Counted from the first letter of the stretch, positions 25,615 to 36,500 are shown. The stretch is DNA of 64,000 nucleotides from Candidatus Omnitrophota bacterium (GCA_043803685.1 JAZDJU010000031.1:7114-71113), one strand, 5' to 3'. Numbers and translations: made by a program. The notes: generated by a model not told the origin, from the sequence alone.

Positions 25615-25783
25615 AAAAGCTTCCAGCTACTCAGAGCTATTGCTATTTGGCTATTGGCCGCAGCTCACTATTTACCTTGTGTCGCAACCCGTGCATTTTT
25701 TACACAGATTGACTCCCGATACAATTTACCTATGAAACCGAGTCTAGTTTGCAGTCTGTTGTCTGCGGTCTGAGGTCTGGGGC

Positions 25784-27913
<2,130 letters not shown>

Positions 27914-28216
27914 TTACTTTCGCTTCATGGAGAAAACTGCATGTCTCCCGAACACTCGAAATTCCCCAGCGATGAATTTCTCGCTCGCGCACTCATCTCC
28001 GCTCGACCGGGAGACTTCGCAAGAGCCAGCTCTCGGAGCGCTTCAAGCCTGGTCCCGCAACAGCGGGTCGAAGCGCGAGAGCGCAGGCGGTCGTCATTCG
28101 CTGGAGATGACGAACCGCCGTTGGCGAAGGTGAAGTCTCCCGGCCACCTTGCCCGCTTCGCCTCGTGAGCGTCGCTCGACATGCGGTTTTCTCCACCGCC
28201 TCGCGCTCCTCAACCG

Positions 28217-28939
28217 CTATGAAACCAACCGCTCCGCCAAAAACGGCGGCAGTCCCGCGGCGCGTATTTTCGCGGCCGCCTTCTTATTATCATAAGGGAG
28301 ACGGACGATTTCAAATGTTAATTCATCCGGGTCAAAGATCCCGAACGAAAGACGCAGGTCCCGGTCCCGGGGCTGGCCGATACTTCCCGGATTGAAAATG
28401 TAGCGCGTCCCCTTTTTCAGCTCGTGAACGCCTTCCTTCAGGTAAATGCCCTTCTCTTCTTTTCCGGTGAACATACAGGGAATGTGCGAATGCCCGACGA
28501 AACCGAATTTGCCCTGAAAGGCCATGAATGATTTCCAGGCGTCCTCGGGCTCCAGAAGATAGTCAAAACGCTCCGGACTGTGGAGCGTCCCGTGGGCCAG
28601 GGCGATCTCCCCTTCCACTTTGAGATAGGTCAGGGCTTTGAGCTTTTCGACAAGCTCCGGGCGAAGCTTCTTAGCGGTCCATTGGATCGCGGTGCGGGCC
28701 CAGCTCGTAAAGGTCAACATGATCTTGGGATGGATCAACGCCGCTTCGTGGTTCCCGAGAATATGGTGTTCCGCGTTCGCGAGCGCCCACTCGAGACATT
28801 CATTCGGATCGGTGCCGTAGCCGATGGAATCCCCGAGGACCAGAAAGCGGGACAGCCCGCGCTTTTCGGCGCACTCGCGCGCCACTTGAAGCGCCTCCAG
28901 ATTTCCGTGAATGTCCGCAAAGACTGCGTAGGGCATCAT
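28217..28939 (-). CDS. Metallophosphoesterase
   Basis: DIHGN, GDSIGYG, GNHE and GHSH motifs. Confidence 0.8.
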   Translation of the reverse strand: MMPYAVFADIHGNLEALQVARECAEKRGLSRFLVLGDSIGYGTDPNECLEWALANAEHHILGNHEAALIHPKIMLTFTSWARTAIQWTAKKLRPELVEKLKALTYLKVEGEIALAHGTLHSPERFDYLLEPEDAWKSFMAFQGKFGFVGHSHIPCMFTGKEEKGIYLKEGVHELKKGTRYIFNPGSIGQPRDRDLRLSFGIFDPDELTFEIVRLPYDNKKAAAKIRAAGLPPFLAERLVS

Positions 28940-28961
28940 GTTCCCAAAGTTTATTCTATTG

Positions 28962-29010
28962 TGGGGCTCCCCCTTCCAAGACCGGGTTCTAGAACCGGGT
29001 CTTAGAAGGG
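28962..29010. repeat. REP-like palindrome (second copy of the 17.5-kb element)
   Basis: GGGGCTCCCCCTTCCAAGACCGGGTTCTAGAACCGGGTCTTAGAAGGGT. Confidence 0.8.
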
Positions 29011-29032
29011 TATGAGCCTTTAAATCAGCGAA

Positions 29033-29305
29033 CTAATACGCGATCCTGAAACCCTTGAAGGTGCCATGCGCGTCCGACCAATGAGCCTCGACATCCTGAA
29101 TGTACTGTTTCATCCCCGACTCCCGGATCGCCGTGAGAAACTCGACTAGCACCGTTTCCTCACCTTCAGCCACGACCTCCACGCGCCCGTCGTCCAGGTT
29201 ACGCACAAAACCCGTCACGGAAAAACGCCGCGCCAAACGTTCGGCGGTAAACCGGAACCCGACGCCCTGCACAGTCCCGCTGAAAAAGATCTGCATGTTT
29301 TTCAT
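29033..29305 (-). CDS. acyP: Acylphosphatase
   Basis: GTVQGVGFRF motif, ~90 aa. Its ATG overlaps the upstream stop codon (ATGA). Confidence 0.85.
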   Translation of the reverse strand: MKNMQIFFSGTVQGVGFRFTAERLARRFSVTGFVRNLDDGRVEVVAEGEETVLVEFLTAIRESGMKQYIQDVEAHWSDAHGTFKGFRIAY

Positions 29306-29832
29306 GGGGCACGCCGTTTCCACTGTTCGCGGAGCCGGAACCCCACGACCCCGAAGGCGACCGCGACATTCAGGGAATTTTTGAGCCCCGACATTTCGAT
29401 CTCGATCGTTTTGTCGCACAAAGACAGAAGCTCGTCGGAAACGCCAGCCACTTCATTGCCGAGCACAAGACAAACCTTCGGAGCGGGCTCGTAATCCTGA
29501 TAAGGAATGCTTCCGGTGATCTGCTCAAGAAAAACAATTTGGTACCCTTGGGCCTTGAGCTCGCGCACGACGGAGCAGGCATCCTCACGGTACTCCCACG
29601 GCACTTCTTTTTCGGCGCCGAGCGCGGTCTTCGTGATCTGCGTGTCCGGTGGAAATCCCGTAATGCCACAAACCCAGATCTTTTCCACGCCAATGCCGTC
29701 CGCGGTCCTGAAGATCGAACCTACGTTGTAAAGACTCCGGATATCATTGAGCAGAACCGAGAACGGAAGTTTGGGGTCCCCGCGTTTTTCTTTCTGACGC
29801 TCGAGGAGTTCGGGATGGGTTAATTTTCTCAT
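29302..29832 (-). CDS. SpoU/TrmH-family RNA 2'-O-methyltransferase
   Basis: NVGSIFRTADGIGV, LVLGNEVAGVS and SLNVAVA motifs. Start set at MRKLTHPE. Confidence 0.8.
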   Translation of the reverse strand: MRKLTHPELLERQKEKRGDPKLPFSVLLNDIRSLYNVGSIFRTADGIGVEKIWVCGITGFPPDTQITKTALGAEKEVPWEYREDACSVVRELKAQGYQIVFLEQITGSIPYQDYEPAPKVCLVLGNEVAGVSDELLSLCDKTIEIEMSGLKNSLNVAVAFGVVGFRLREQWKRRAP

Positions 29833-29842
29833 GGTGAGGGCG

Positions 29843-30619
29843 CTACGCCTTGGGAGGCGCGTTGTCCCAGGCGAGGTGGCGGCGATAGCCCAAGTGATAC
29901 ACCCATTCGGGCACACGGCTCACAAGCCCCATGAGAGGCTTCCACCAGAACGGCACATACGCGACCTTCTTCCCTTTTTGGATAGCCTCGAAAATATCCT
30001 CGGCGGCTTTTTCGGGAGAAATGACACCAAACAGGCCCTTGCGCCCACGGACCATGTCCGTGTCAACGAACCCGGGTCGGATATCAATGACCTGGACAGC
30101 GGTATTCGAGAATTTTCGCCGGAGACCTTCCATGTAATTGGAAACGAACGCCTTCGAGGCATTATAAGCCGGAGAGCGCCCGCTCCCGCGATGAGCGGCC
30201 ACTGATGAAATACCGACGATGCAACCCGAGCCTTTTTTCTGAAAATAATCGGCGGCCACGTTCGCCGCGGCGGCAAAGCCGAGCGCGTTCACCTGGATCA
30301 TCTCTTCCTCAAAGCTCCACTGGAGTTTCTCGTTCCGGAAAAGCACACCGGCATTGATCACCATAAGATCCAAGTCCCACATACCCATGATCACGTTCCG
30401 GAGACTGTGGATCGCCTCGCTCGCGTTCCGGAGATCGACCACCCGTGCCAGACTTTTCCCGGGAAGTTCTTTCTGGAGTTCCTGCAGTTTCTCAAGCGAC
30501 CGCCCGGTCAACGCGACAAAATAACCTTCCGCGGACAGTTTTTTGGCCAACGCACGGCCGATCCCAGTGCTACAACCGACCACAATCGCTTTTTTTTGAG
30601 GCGGATCTTTCCGTGACAT
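29843..30619 (-). CDS. Short-chain dehydrogenase/reductase, copy A
   Basis: GCSTGIGRA cofactor motif and YNASK catalytic motif. Confidence 0.85.
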   Translation of the reverse strand: MSRKDPPQKKAIVVGCSTGIGRALAKKLSAEGYFVALTGRSLEKLQELQKELPGKSLARVVDLRNASEAIHSLRNVIMGMWDLDLMVINAGVLFRNEKLQWSFEEEMIQVNALGFAAAANVAADYFQKKGSGCIVGISSVAAHRGSGRSPAYNASKAFVSNYMEGLRRKFSNTAVQVIDIRPGFVDTDMVRGRKGLFGVISPEKAAEDIFEAIQKGKKVAYVPFWWKPLMGLVSRVPEWVYHLGYRRHLAWDNAPPKA

Positions 30620-30727
30620 ATGAAATCCCTATGTGCAAAATTCGAGCATGATCAGAAAAAAGCGCAACCCATCGGAAGGCCGCGCCTTTTCGGCTTCGCG
30701 TTGCTGCTCCGTGGCTTCTTTTCCAAC

Positions 30728-30943
30728 GCCGAGCGCGGTCTTCGTGATCTGCATGTCCGGTGGAAATCCCGAAACCCTACAAACCTAGATCTTTTTCACG
30801 CCAATGCCGTCCGCGGTCCTGAAGATCGAGCCTACGCTGTAAAGACTCCGGATATCATTGAGAAGGACCGAGAACGGAAGTTTGGGGTCCCCGCGTTTTT
30901 CTTTCTGACGCTCGAGGAGTTCGGGATGGGTTAATTTTCTCAT
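30728..30943 (-). pseudogene. Truncated duplicate of the 5' third of the SpoU/TrmH gene
   Basis: Encodes MRKLTHPELLERQKEKRGDPKLPFSVLLNDIRSLYSVGSIFRTADGIGVKKI, then a stop. Near-identical DNA lies 1111 bp away (29617-29832). Confidence 0.85.
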
Positions 30944-30953
30944 GGTGAGAGCG

Positions 30954-31730
30954 CTACGCCTTAGAAGACGCGTTGTCCCAAGCGAGGTGGCGGCGATAGC
31001 CCCAGCGATCCACACACTTCGGAACCCGGATCAGAAGCCACAAGAGAGGCTTCCACCAGGACGGCACATACGCGATCCTTTTCTTCTTCTGAATAGCCTT
31101 GAAGATATCCTCGGCGGCTTTCTCCGGAGAAATGATCCCAAAGAGACCTTTGCGCCCACGGACCATGTCCGTGTCAACGAACCCGGGACGGATATCAATG
31201 ACCTGGACAGCGGTGTTCGAGAATTTCTGCCGGAGACCTTCCATGTAATTGGAAACGAACGCCTTCGAGGCGTTGTAAGCCGGAGAGCGCCCGCTCCCGC
31301 GGTGGGACGCCACCGACGAGATCCCCACAAGACAGCCGGAGCCTTTCTTCTGAAAATAATCAGCGGCCACGTTCGCCGCGGCGGCAAAACCGAGCGCGTT
31401 CACCTGGATCATCTCTTCCTCAAAGCTCCACTGGAGTTTCTCGTTCCGGAAAAGCACACCGGCATTAATGATCATCAGGTCCAGGTCCCACATACCCATG
31501 ATCACGTTCCGGAGACTGTGGATCGCCTCACTCGCGTTCCGGAGATCGACCACCCGTGCCAGACTTTTCCCGGGAAGTTCTTTCTGGAGTTCCTGCAGTT
31601 TCTCAAGCGACCGCCCGGTCAACGCGACAAAATAACCTTCCGCGGACAGTTTCTTGGCCAACGCACGACCGATCCCGGTGCTACAACCGACCACGATCGC
31701 TTTTTTCTGAGGAGGATCTTTCTGCGGCAT
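30954..31730 (-). CDS. Short-chain dehydrogenase/reductase, copy B (tandem paralog)
   Basis: ~91% aa identity to copy A with the same motifs. Confidence 0.85.
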   Translation of the reverse strand: MPQKDPPQKKAIVVGCSTGIGRALAKKLSAEGYFVALTGRSLEKLQELQKELPGKSLARVVDLRNASEAIHSLRNVIMGMWDLDLMIINAGVLFRNEKLQWSFEEEMIQVNALGFAAAANVAADYFQKKGSGCLVGISSVASHRGSGRSPAYNASKAFVSNYMEGLRQKFSNTAVQVIDIRPGFVDTDMVRGRKGLFGIISPEKAAEDIFKAIQKKKRIAYVPSWWKPLLWLLIRVPKCVDRWGYRRHLAWDNASSKA

Positions 31731-31813
31731 ATCAAATCTCTATGTGCAAAATTCGAACATCATCAAAAAAAAGGCGCAGCCCGCGAGAAGGCTGCGCCTT
31801 TTTTGATGCGTGC

Positions 31814-32494
31814 TTATTGGGCCGCGGCCTTTTGAGCTTTTCGGGCCTGCTTTGCGGCTTCCCGGCTCGCCTTTTCGGCTTCGCGTTGCTTTTTCTTGGC
31901 TTCTTTCTCAGCCTCGCGCTGTTTCTTCTTGGCTTCTCTTTCCGTCTCACGCTGCTTCTGCTTGGCCTCCTTCTCAAGTTCTCGCTGTTTCTTCCTGGAT
32001 TCCCGTTCAAGCTCGCGCTGCGTTTTCTCAGCATCGCGCGCGGCCTTCAACTTTTGCTTCTCAGCTTCTCTCTCGGCTTTAAGTTTTTCCTTTTCAACAT
32101 CTTTTCCGCCATCGAGCTTCTTCTCGGCCTTTCGAGCTTCGCGCTCGATTTCCCGTTCGGCTTTGCGAATCTCATTGCCTGTTTTCCGCGCGCCCTTTTC
32201 AGTCTCTTCCTTCACCTCTCGACCAGCCTTACGCATTTCACCTTCGACCTTGCGGGCGTCTTTGATGATCTCCTGCTGGGTCCCTTTGACGGTCTTCTCT
32301 GACATCAGCTCTTTGCCCGTCTTGCCCTTGGCTTCCAACCCTGGAGGAACATTCCCGGTCCAACCCTTCTTTTCCCCTTGAGTCCAACCTTTGGGATCCG
32401 TGCTTTCTTTCTCTGCAAACGCCACGCTACCGTTCAGGCTAAGGCCTGCGATCAACGCACAAACGCACGTCAACTTCAGAATGCTGATTTTCAT
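31814..32494 (-). CDS. Secreted Lys/Glu/Ala-rich repeat protein
   Basis: Signal peptide MKISILKLTCVCALIAGLSLNGSVAFA, followed by repeats such as EAKKKQREAEKEAKKKQREAEK. Confidence 0.6.
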   Translation of the reverse strand: MKISILKLTCVCALIAGLSLNGSVAFAEKESTDPKGWTQGEKKGWTGNVPPGLEAKGKTGKELMSEKTVKGTQQEIIKDARKVEGEMRKAGREVKEETEKGARKTGNEIRKAEREIEREARKAEKKLDGGKDVEKEKLKAEREAEKQKLKAARDAEKTQRELERESRKKQRELEKEAKQKQRETEREAKKKQREAEKEAKKKQREAEKASREAAKQARKAQKAAAQ

Positions 32495-32516
32495 GGTCAG
32501 TCCCCTTTCGTTGGAG

Positions 32517-32732
32517 TTATTGGATCTGCTGTTTCTGTTTGGATGAACGAAGTTTCAGAAATCGCTCCACGGAGCGGTCGTAGGTTTTTTCAACAGCGTC
32601 CGGAAAATAACAGGCCGGCAGTTGATCCTGGGCCCGGTGGTAAGCCACGCACTCGCAACAAATCCCCTTGCGGGAGCAAGGTTCGTACGAGCAATTACAG
32701 CGTTTTTTGTTAACTTCGATCTGACATTCCAT
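32517..32732 (-). CDS. Small Cys-rich protein
   Basis: [41 protein letters not shown]. The longer ORF upstream runs through structured repeat DNA. Confidence 0.55.
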   Translation of the reverse strand: MECQIEVNKKRCNCSYEPCSRKGICCECVAYHRAQDQLPACYFPDAVEKTYDRSVERFLKLRSSKQKQQIQ

Positions 32733-32761
32733 CGACAGGGTCACCTCGGATGGAAAAAAGA

Positions 32762-32878
32762 GTCGGGGTAGTAGGATTTGGCTCCTTCGGCTTTCGCCTC
32801 CGGTAGGCCACCCGCCCTTAGAAACGCAACGTCTGTTGCGTTTCCAAGCAAGGGCTCCCTTCAAATCCTACTAAACCG
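32762..32878. repeat. 117-nt element closed by inverted copies of the tRNA-Pro 3' end
   Basis: TCGGGGTAGTAGGATTTG (32762-32779) pairs with CAAATCCTACTAAACCGA (32861-32878). An internal 9-bp hairpin (AAACGCAAC...GTTGCGTTT) is present, and a T-run follows on the minus strand. Confidence 0.7.
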
Positions 32879-32945
32879 AAGGGGCAGGGTTCGCTTTTCG
32901 CTTACCCAGTCCCGATACTCCTTAATACTTCTTTTCAAAATAGAA

Positions 32946-33002
32946 ATCGGGGTAGTAGGATTTGAACCTACGGTCTCTACGTCCCGAACGTAGCGCGATA
33001 CC
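32946..33002 (-). pseudogene. tRNA-Pro(CGG) 3' fragment (D-loop to discriminator), 5' acceptor/D-stem absent
   Basis: The minus strand reads TGGTATCGCG-CTACG-TTCGGGA-CGTAG-AGACC-GTAGG-TTCAAAT-CCTAC-TACCCCG-A. No complementary CGGGGTA 5' strand or D-stem partner is found upstream. Confidence 0.65.
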
Positions 33003-33074
33003 ACACCAACTCTCTATGAGTTGGTGCGGCCCGTCACGCAATTTGAAATTGCTTGCGGGGTCGAAAACGGCGGG

Positions 33075-33103
33075 GATTATATCACCCTCACGATGAGTAT
33101 TCA
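33075..33103 (-). promoter_or_regulatory. Near-consensus sigma70-type promoter (TTGAAT-17 nt-TATAAT)
   Basis: On the minus strand the -35 is at 33103-33098 and the -10 at 33080-33075. It lies just 3' of the ftsI stop and points toward the tRNA remnant. Confidence 0.55.
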
Positions 33104-33113
33104 ATCAAAGGCG

Positions 33114-34871
33114 TCAGTTATTCTCGATCGCCAGGTCCGCGGTCGCGGCGATCTGCTCGGAGGTTAGGGACGGTACCATTTCTCTTTGGGGTTGCGTTCC
33201 CCGGGTCAAAAGCGCGGCCTCAATGACTTCCTTAAAAACAGGCGCCGCCACGGTCCCTCCATAATAGGCGGGCCTTGCTTCATCGAGTACGACCACCATC
33301 GCGTAGCGAGGATCGTCAGCCGGGGCAAAACCCACGAACGAAGACATGAACGCCGAATGGGAATAGCCTTTTCCTCCCGGGAGGATCTTCTGCGCGGTAC
33401 CCGTCTTCCCCCCCACCGGGATGTTAGGGATCTTCGCCTTCGAGCCGGTGCCTCGGTCCACCACTTCCGTCAGGATCCTTCTCATCGTCGCGGCCGTGGC
33501 GGGCGTGATGACCCGACGTTTGACGATGGGTTTCTTTTCTTTAAGCGTCACACCCGCGGGGTCCTGGACCTTGGAAACGATGTAGGGCTTCACCAATGAT
33601 CCTCCATTCGCGATGACGGACATGGCGGTCACCATCTGGAGCGCCGTGACCATGACCTCCTGTCCCATCGGAATATTGTAGGGAGAAGTCTTGGACCACT
33701 GGGAAGGCGGGCGCGTGTACCCGGGGGCTTCACCGGCCAAGTCGATACCCGTCGAGGCCCCAAAGCCAAAGCCAGTCACATAATTCTGGAATTTCTGCGC
33801 TCCCATTTTCAGAGCGATCTTCACGGTGCCGATATTGCTCGACTTCACGATCACTTCTTCCATGGGCAGCATGCCATACGGATGCACGTCATGAAGCACT
33901 TTGTAACCGTAATTCCATTTCCCGTTCTCGCAATTGAACATCGTCTCCGGTGTGACCGTCCCATCGTTCAGCGCGCCGCTGGCCGCCACGATCTTGAAGA
34001 TCGAACCCGGCTCGTACATGTCCGTGACCGCCCGGTTGCGCTTGGCGTCCGCTCCCACATGGGCGTAATGATTGGGATCATACCCAGGTTGGTTCGCCAT
34101 GGCCAGGATCTCCCCTGTCTTGGGGTCCATCAGGACCGCCCACGCGGCCTTAGCCTTCCATTGCTTGAAGGCCTTTTCAAGCGCCTTCTCGGTCAGATAT
34201 TGAAGATGCTGGTCAATGGTAAGCACAATGCGGTTCCCGTCGACCACCGGCAAACTTTTAATTTCAAACGCCTTGATCTCCCGTCCTTTGGCATCGCGTT
34301 GGGTCACACGTTTCCCAGCACGGCCGCGAAGATCAGTGTCCATGGACCTTTCGATCCCCTCCATGCCCTGATTATCCACGGTCGAAAATCCGAGCACCTG
34401 GGCCAGCATCGTCCCCTGGGGATAGAACCTTTTGTATTCTTCCAAAATACCCAGCTCCGGGCACTGAAGTTTCGCGATCTTGTCAGCTTCCTCAAAAGTC
34501 ACGCGCCGCTTGAGCCACACGAACGACTTGTCCCGGCTCAGACGTTCGAGGACCCATTTCCGGTCAAGACCCAGGATCTTCGCGATGTCCCGGCTAAGCT
34601 CGACGCGCTCCTCGGCCTTCAGAACACGCGGCACCGCATAGATGGACGGGATCTTCAGATTAGTGACGAACTCTTTTCCGTTACGGTCCGTGATCGGACC
34701 GCGCAGCGGCGGCACATCGACCGTCAAATAATGCTGACGGTGCGCCAGGGCGAGAAGCGACGGCTGATGGAACCAGGTCAGTTGAACGATCTGATAGATG
34801 ACCAGACCGAACAAAGTGAACAGAAGAATATAGAGGAACCAGAACCGACGCGGTGAAAGCACCGCGCGCAT
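33114..34871 (-). CDS. ftsI: Peptidoglycan D,D-transpeptidase (class B PBP, FtsI-like)
   Basis: SxxK (GSIFK), SSN and KTGT motifs, in dcw cluster context. Confidence 0.9.
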   Translation of the reverse strand: MRAVLSPRRFWFLYILLFTLFGLVIYQIVQLTWFHQPSLLALAHRQHYLTVDVPPLRGPITDRNGKEFVTNLKIPSIYAVPRVLKAEERVELSRDIAKILGLDRKWVLERLSRDKSFVWLKRRVTFEEADKIAKLQCPELGILEEYKRFYPQGTMLAQVLGFSTVDNQGMEGIERSMDTDLRGRAGKRVTQRDAKGREIKAFEIKSLPVVDGNRIVLTIDQHLQYLTEKALEKAFKQWKAKAAWAVLMDPKTGEILAMANQPGYDPNHYAHVGADAKRNRAVTDMYEPGSIFKIVAASGALNDGTVTPETMFNCENGKWNYGYKVLHDVHPYGMLPMEEVIVKSSNIGTVKIALKMGAQKFQNYVTGFGFGASTGIDLAGEAPGYTRPPSQWSKTSPYNIPMGQEVMVTALQMVTAMSVIANGGSLVKPYIVSKVQDPAGVTLKEKKPIVKRRVITPATAATMRRILTEVVDRGTGSKAKIPNIPVGGKTGTAQKILPGGKGYSHSAFMSSFVGFAPADDPRYAMVVVLDEARPAYYGGTVAAPVFKEVIEAALLTRGTQPQREMVPSLTSEQIAATADLAIENN

Positions 34872-34874
34872 TTT

Positions 34875-35267
34875 TTAGGAGGAAAGATCGGTCTTGGCCT
34901 GGGCCGTTTGGATCCACCGGCCAAGGAAACTGGAAACCTCGGAGGACAAAGTCCGCGACACCTTTTGCGTGGGTGCCGCGGAAAGCATGATCCCCGAGAC
35001 CGGAGGGACTTCCACGATCTGCACCTTGTTGGGGATCGCAAGCTCCATGTCATGGCGTTTCATTTTGGCTTCAAGAAGGCGGGGGGCTCTCAACTGATCG
35101 ACCTTGAACTGGAATTTTCTTAAAAGCTCCTCTTTGGCGGCAAGGGCGCGGGAACTTCTGTGGATGTCGATGGAGACAAGCACCGAGGCGATCTGCAGAT
35201 GCACATAAAAAAGCATCGAGAGGGTGAAGACCGCGATAAGGATGAGGATTTTTCCGCTACCCTTCAT
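34875..35267 (-). CDS. ftsL: FtsL-like cell division protein
   Basis: 130-aa ORF with an N-terminal TM segment and a coiled coil. Its position between rsmH and ftsI supports the call. Confidence 0.6.
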   Translation of the reverse strand: MKGSGKILILIAVFTLSMLFYVHLQIASVLVSIDIHRSSRALAAKEELLRKFQFKVDQLRAPRLLEAKMKRHDMELAIPNKVQIVEVPPVSGIMLSAAPTQKVSRTLSSEVSSFLGRWIQTAQAKTDLSS

Positions 35268-36211
35268 GATATTTTTTCGATCACTCTCAGTTTGGCGCTT
35301 CTGGCTCTCGGATTATTCAATATTTCCGTACGATTTGCAACCACGGGTTTGCGAAAAACAAGATTGCCGAGCTCTTCATCGTCCCACTTCCGGAATTGCT
35401 GCTTGACGATCCGGTCCTCGATCGAATGAAAGCTGATGATCCCAAGCCGTCCGCCCTTCCCAAGGTGATCGAACGCAGCGGCCGCGCCTTCCTTCAGCGC
35501 TTCCAGCTCGTCGTTCACGCCGATCCTGAGAGCTTGGTACACTTTGGTGGCGGGATTCCGCCTCGCCCACGAAGGACGATGCCCTTTTTTGAAACGCAAG
35601 TGAGCCGGCAGTGCCTCTTCCAAGGTCTGGTTGAGGTCTTCGATCGTACGGATAGGCCGCTGGCGCCGCGCTTCGACGATCACCCGGGCAAAACGCCGTG
35701 AATGGTGTTCTTCGCCGTAATGATAGAAAAGATCCGCGAGCGCGACCTCGGACATCTGCGCTATCAGCTCTGAAGCTTTCAGACCGACTTCCGGGTTCAT
35801 TCGCATATCCAAGTCTCCGTCTGTTTGGAAACTGAAACCGCGCTTCCCATCCGCTAACTGCTCCGACGAGGTCCCGATATCCAGAAGCACCGTGTCGAAC
35901 GCTGTGACTCCCAACCCCGAAAAAACCTTATTCAAATTCCTGAAGTTCTCGTGGACCAAGGTGACCCGCGGATCCTCCTGGAATAATTTCTGACATCGCG
36001 CGATCGCCTCAGGGTCCTGATCGAAACCGACCAACTTCCCCGAAGGACCGATCACTTTGAGGATCGCTTCCGAATGCCCCCCGCTCCCGAGGGTCCCGTC
36101 CATGACCACCGCCCCCGGCTTAAAGGCCAGATGCTCGAGGACTTCCTGTAAAAGAACAGGGTTATGCCGCAAAGCTGAGGATCGCCTCTTCTTCCGTCGA
36201 ATAACTTTCAA
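35264..36211 (-). CDS. rsmH: 16S rRNA (cytosine1402-N4)-methyltransferase
   Basis: HNPVLLQEVLEHL...DGTLGSGGHSEAIL pattern. Confidence 0.9.
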   Translation of the reverse strand: MKVIRRKKRRSSALRHNPVLLQEVLEHLAFKPGAVVMDGTLGSGGHSEAILKVIGPSGKLVGFDQDPEAIARCQKLFQEDPRVTLVHENFRNLNKVFSGLGVTAFDTVLLDIGTSSEQLADGKRGFSFQTDGDLDMRMNPEVGLKASELIAQMSEVALADLFYHYGEEHHSRRFARVIVEARRQRPIRTIEDLNQTLEEALPAHLRFKKGHRPSWARRNPATKVYQALRIGVNDELEALKEGAAAAFDHLGKGGRLGIISFHSIEDRIVKQQFRKWDDEELGNLVFRKPVVANRTEILNNPRARSAKLRVIEKIS

Positions 36212-36500
36212 TGAGACCGTTGACGCCGATCATCTGAAAGGTCTTTTCGACTTCGGGCCGCAGATTGCACAATTTGATGTCCCCCTTTTGCTCGCGCACC
36301 TTGCGCAGGCGGTCGACGAGGATACCGACTCCGGCGAGTTCCACGTGCTTCGTATCTTTCAGATCCAGCAAAAGACGCTTGTGGTTCTTGTTCATCAAAC
36401 GATTCATGCGCCCCTTCATCTTGATCATGCTAAGAGCATCAAGATCCCCGTTAAAACGCAACACATCGACCCCGATCTTCGTTCTGGCGTGATAGACCAT
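36162..36500 (-). CDS. STAS-domain protein (anti-sigma-factor antagonist-like)
   Basis: 112-aa ORF with GDLDALSMIKMKGRMNRLM...LLLDLKDTKHVELAGVGILV...MIGVNGLIESY. Confidence 0.75.
   Translation of the reverse strand: MVYHARTKIGVDVLRFNGDLDALSMIKMKGRMNRLMNKNHKRLLLDLKDTKHVELAGVGILVDRLRKVREQKGDIKLCNLRPEVEKTFQMIGVNGLIESYSTEEEAILSFAA

Noticed and set aside
32762-32878. tmRNA, SRP RNA, 6S RNA or bacterial Y RNA as the identity of the 117-nt closed structure.
   Set aside because: It has no G3-U70 alanine-type acceptor and no tag ORF, so it is not a tmRNA. It has no GGAA/AGCA domain IV motif, so it is not an SRP RNA. It is too short and lacks a central bubble for 6S RNA, and there is no Ro/Rsr gene nearby. 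The closing helix is clearly derived from the tRNA-Pro 3' end.
32946-33002. An intact tRNA-Pro gene.
   Set aside because: Only the D-loop-to-3'-end portion is present. No CGGGGTA 5' acceptor strand or D-stem partner exists within 120 nt upstream on the minus strand.
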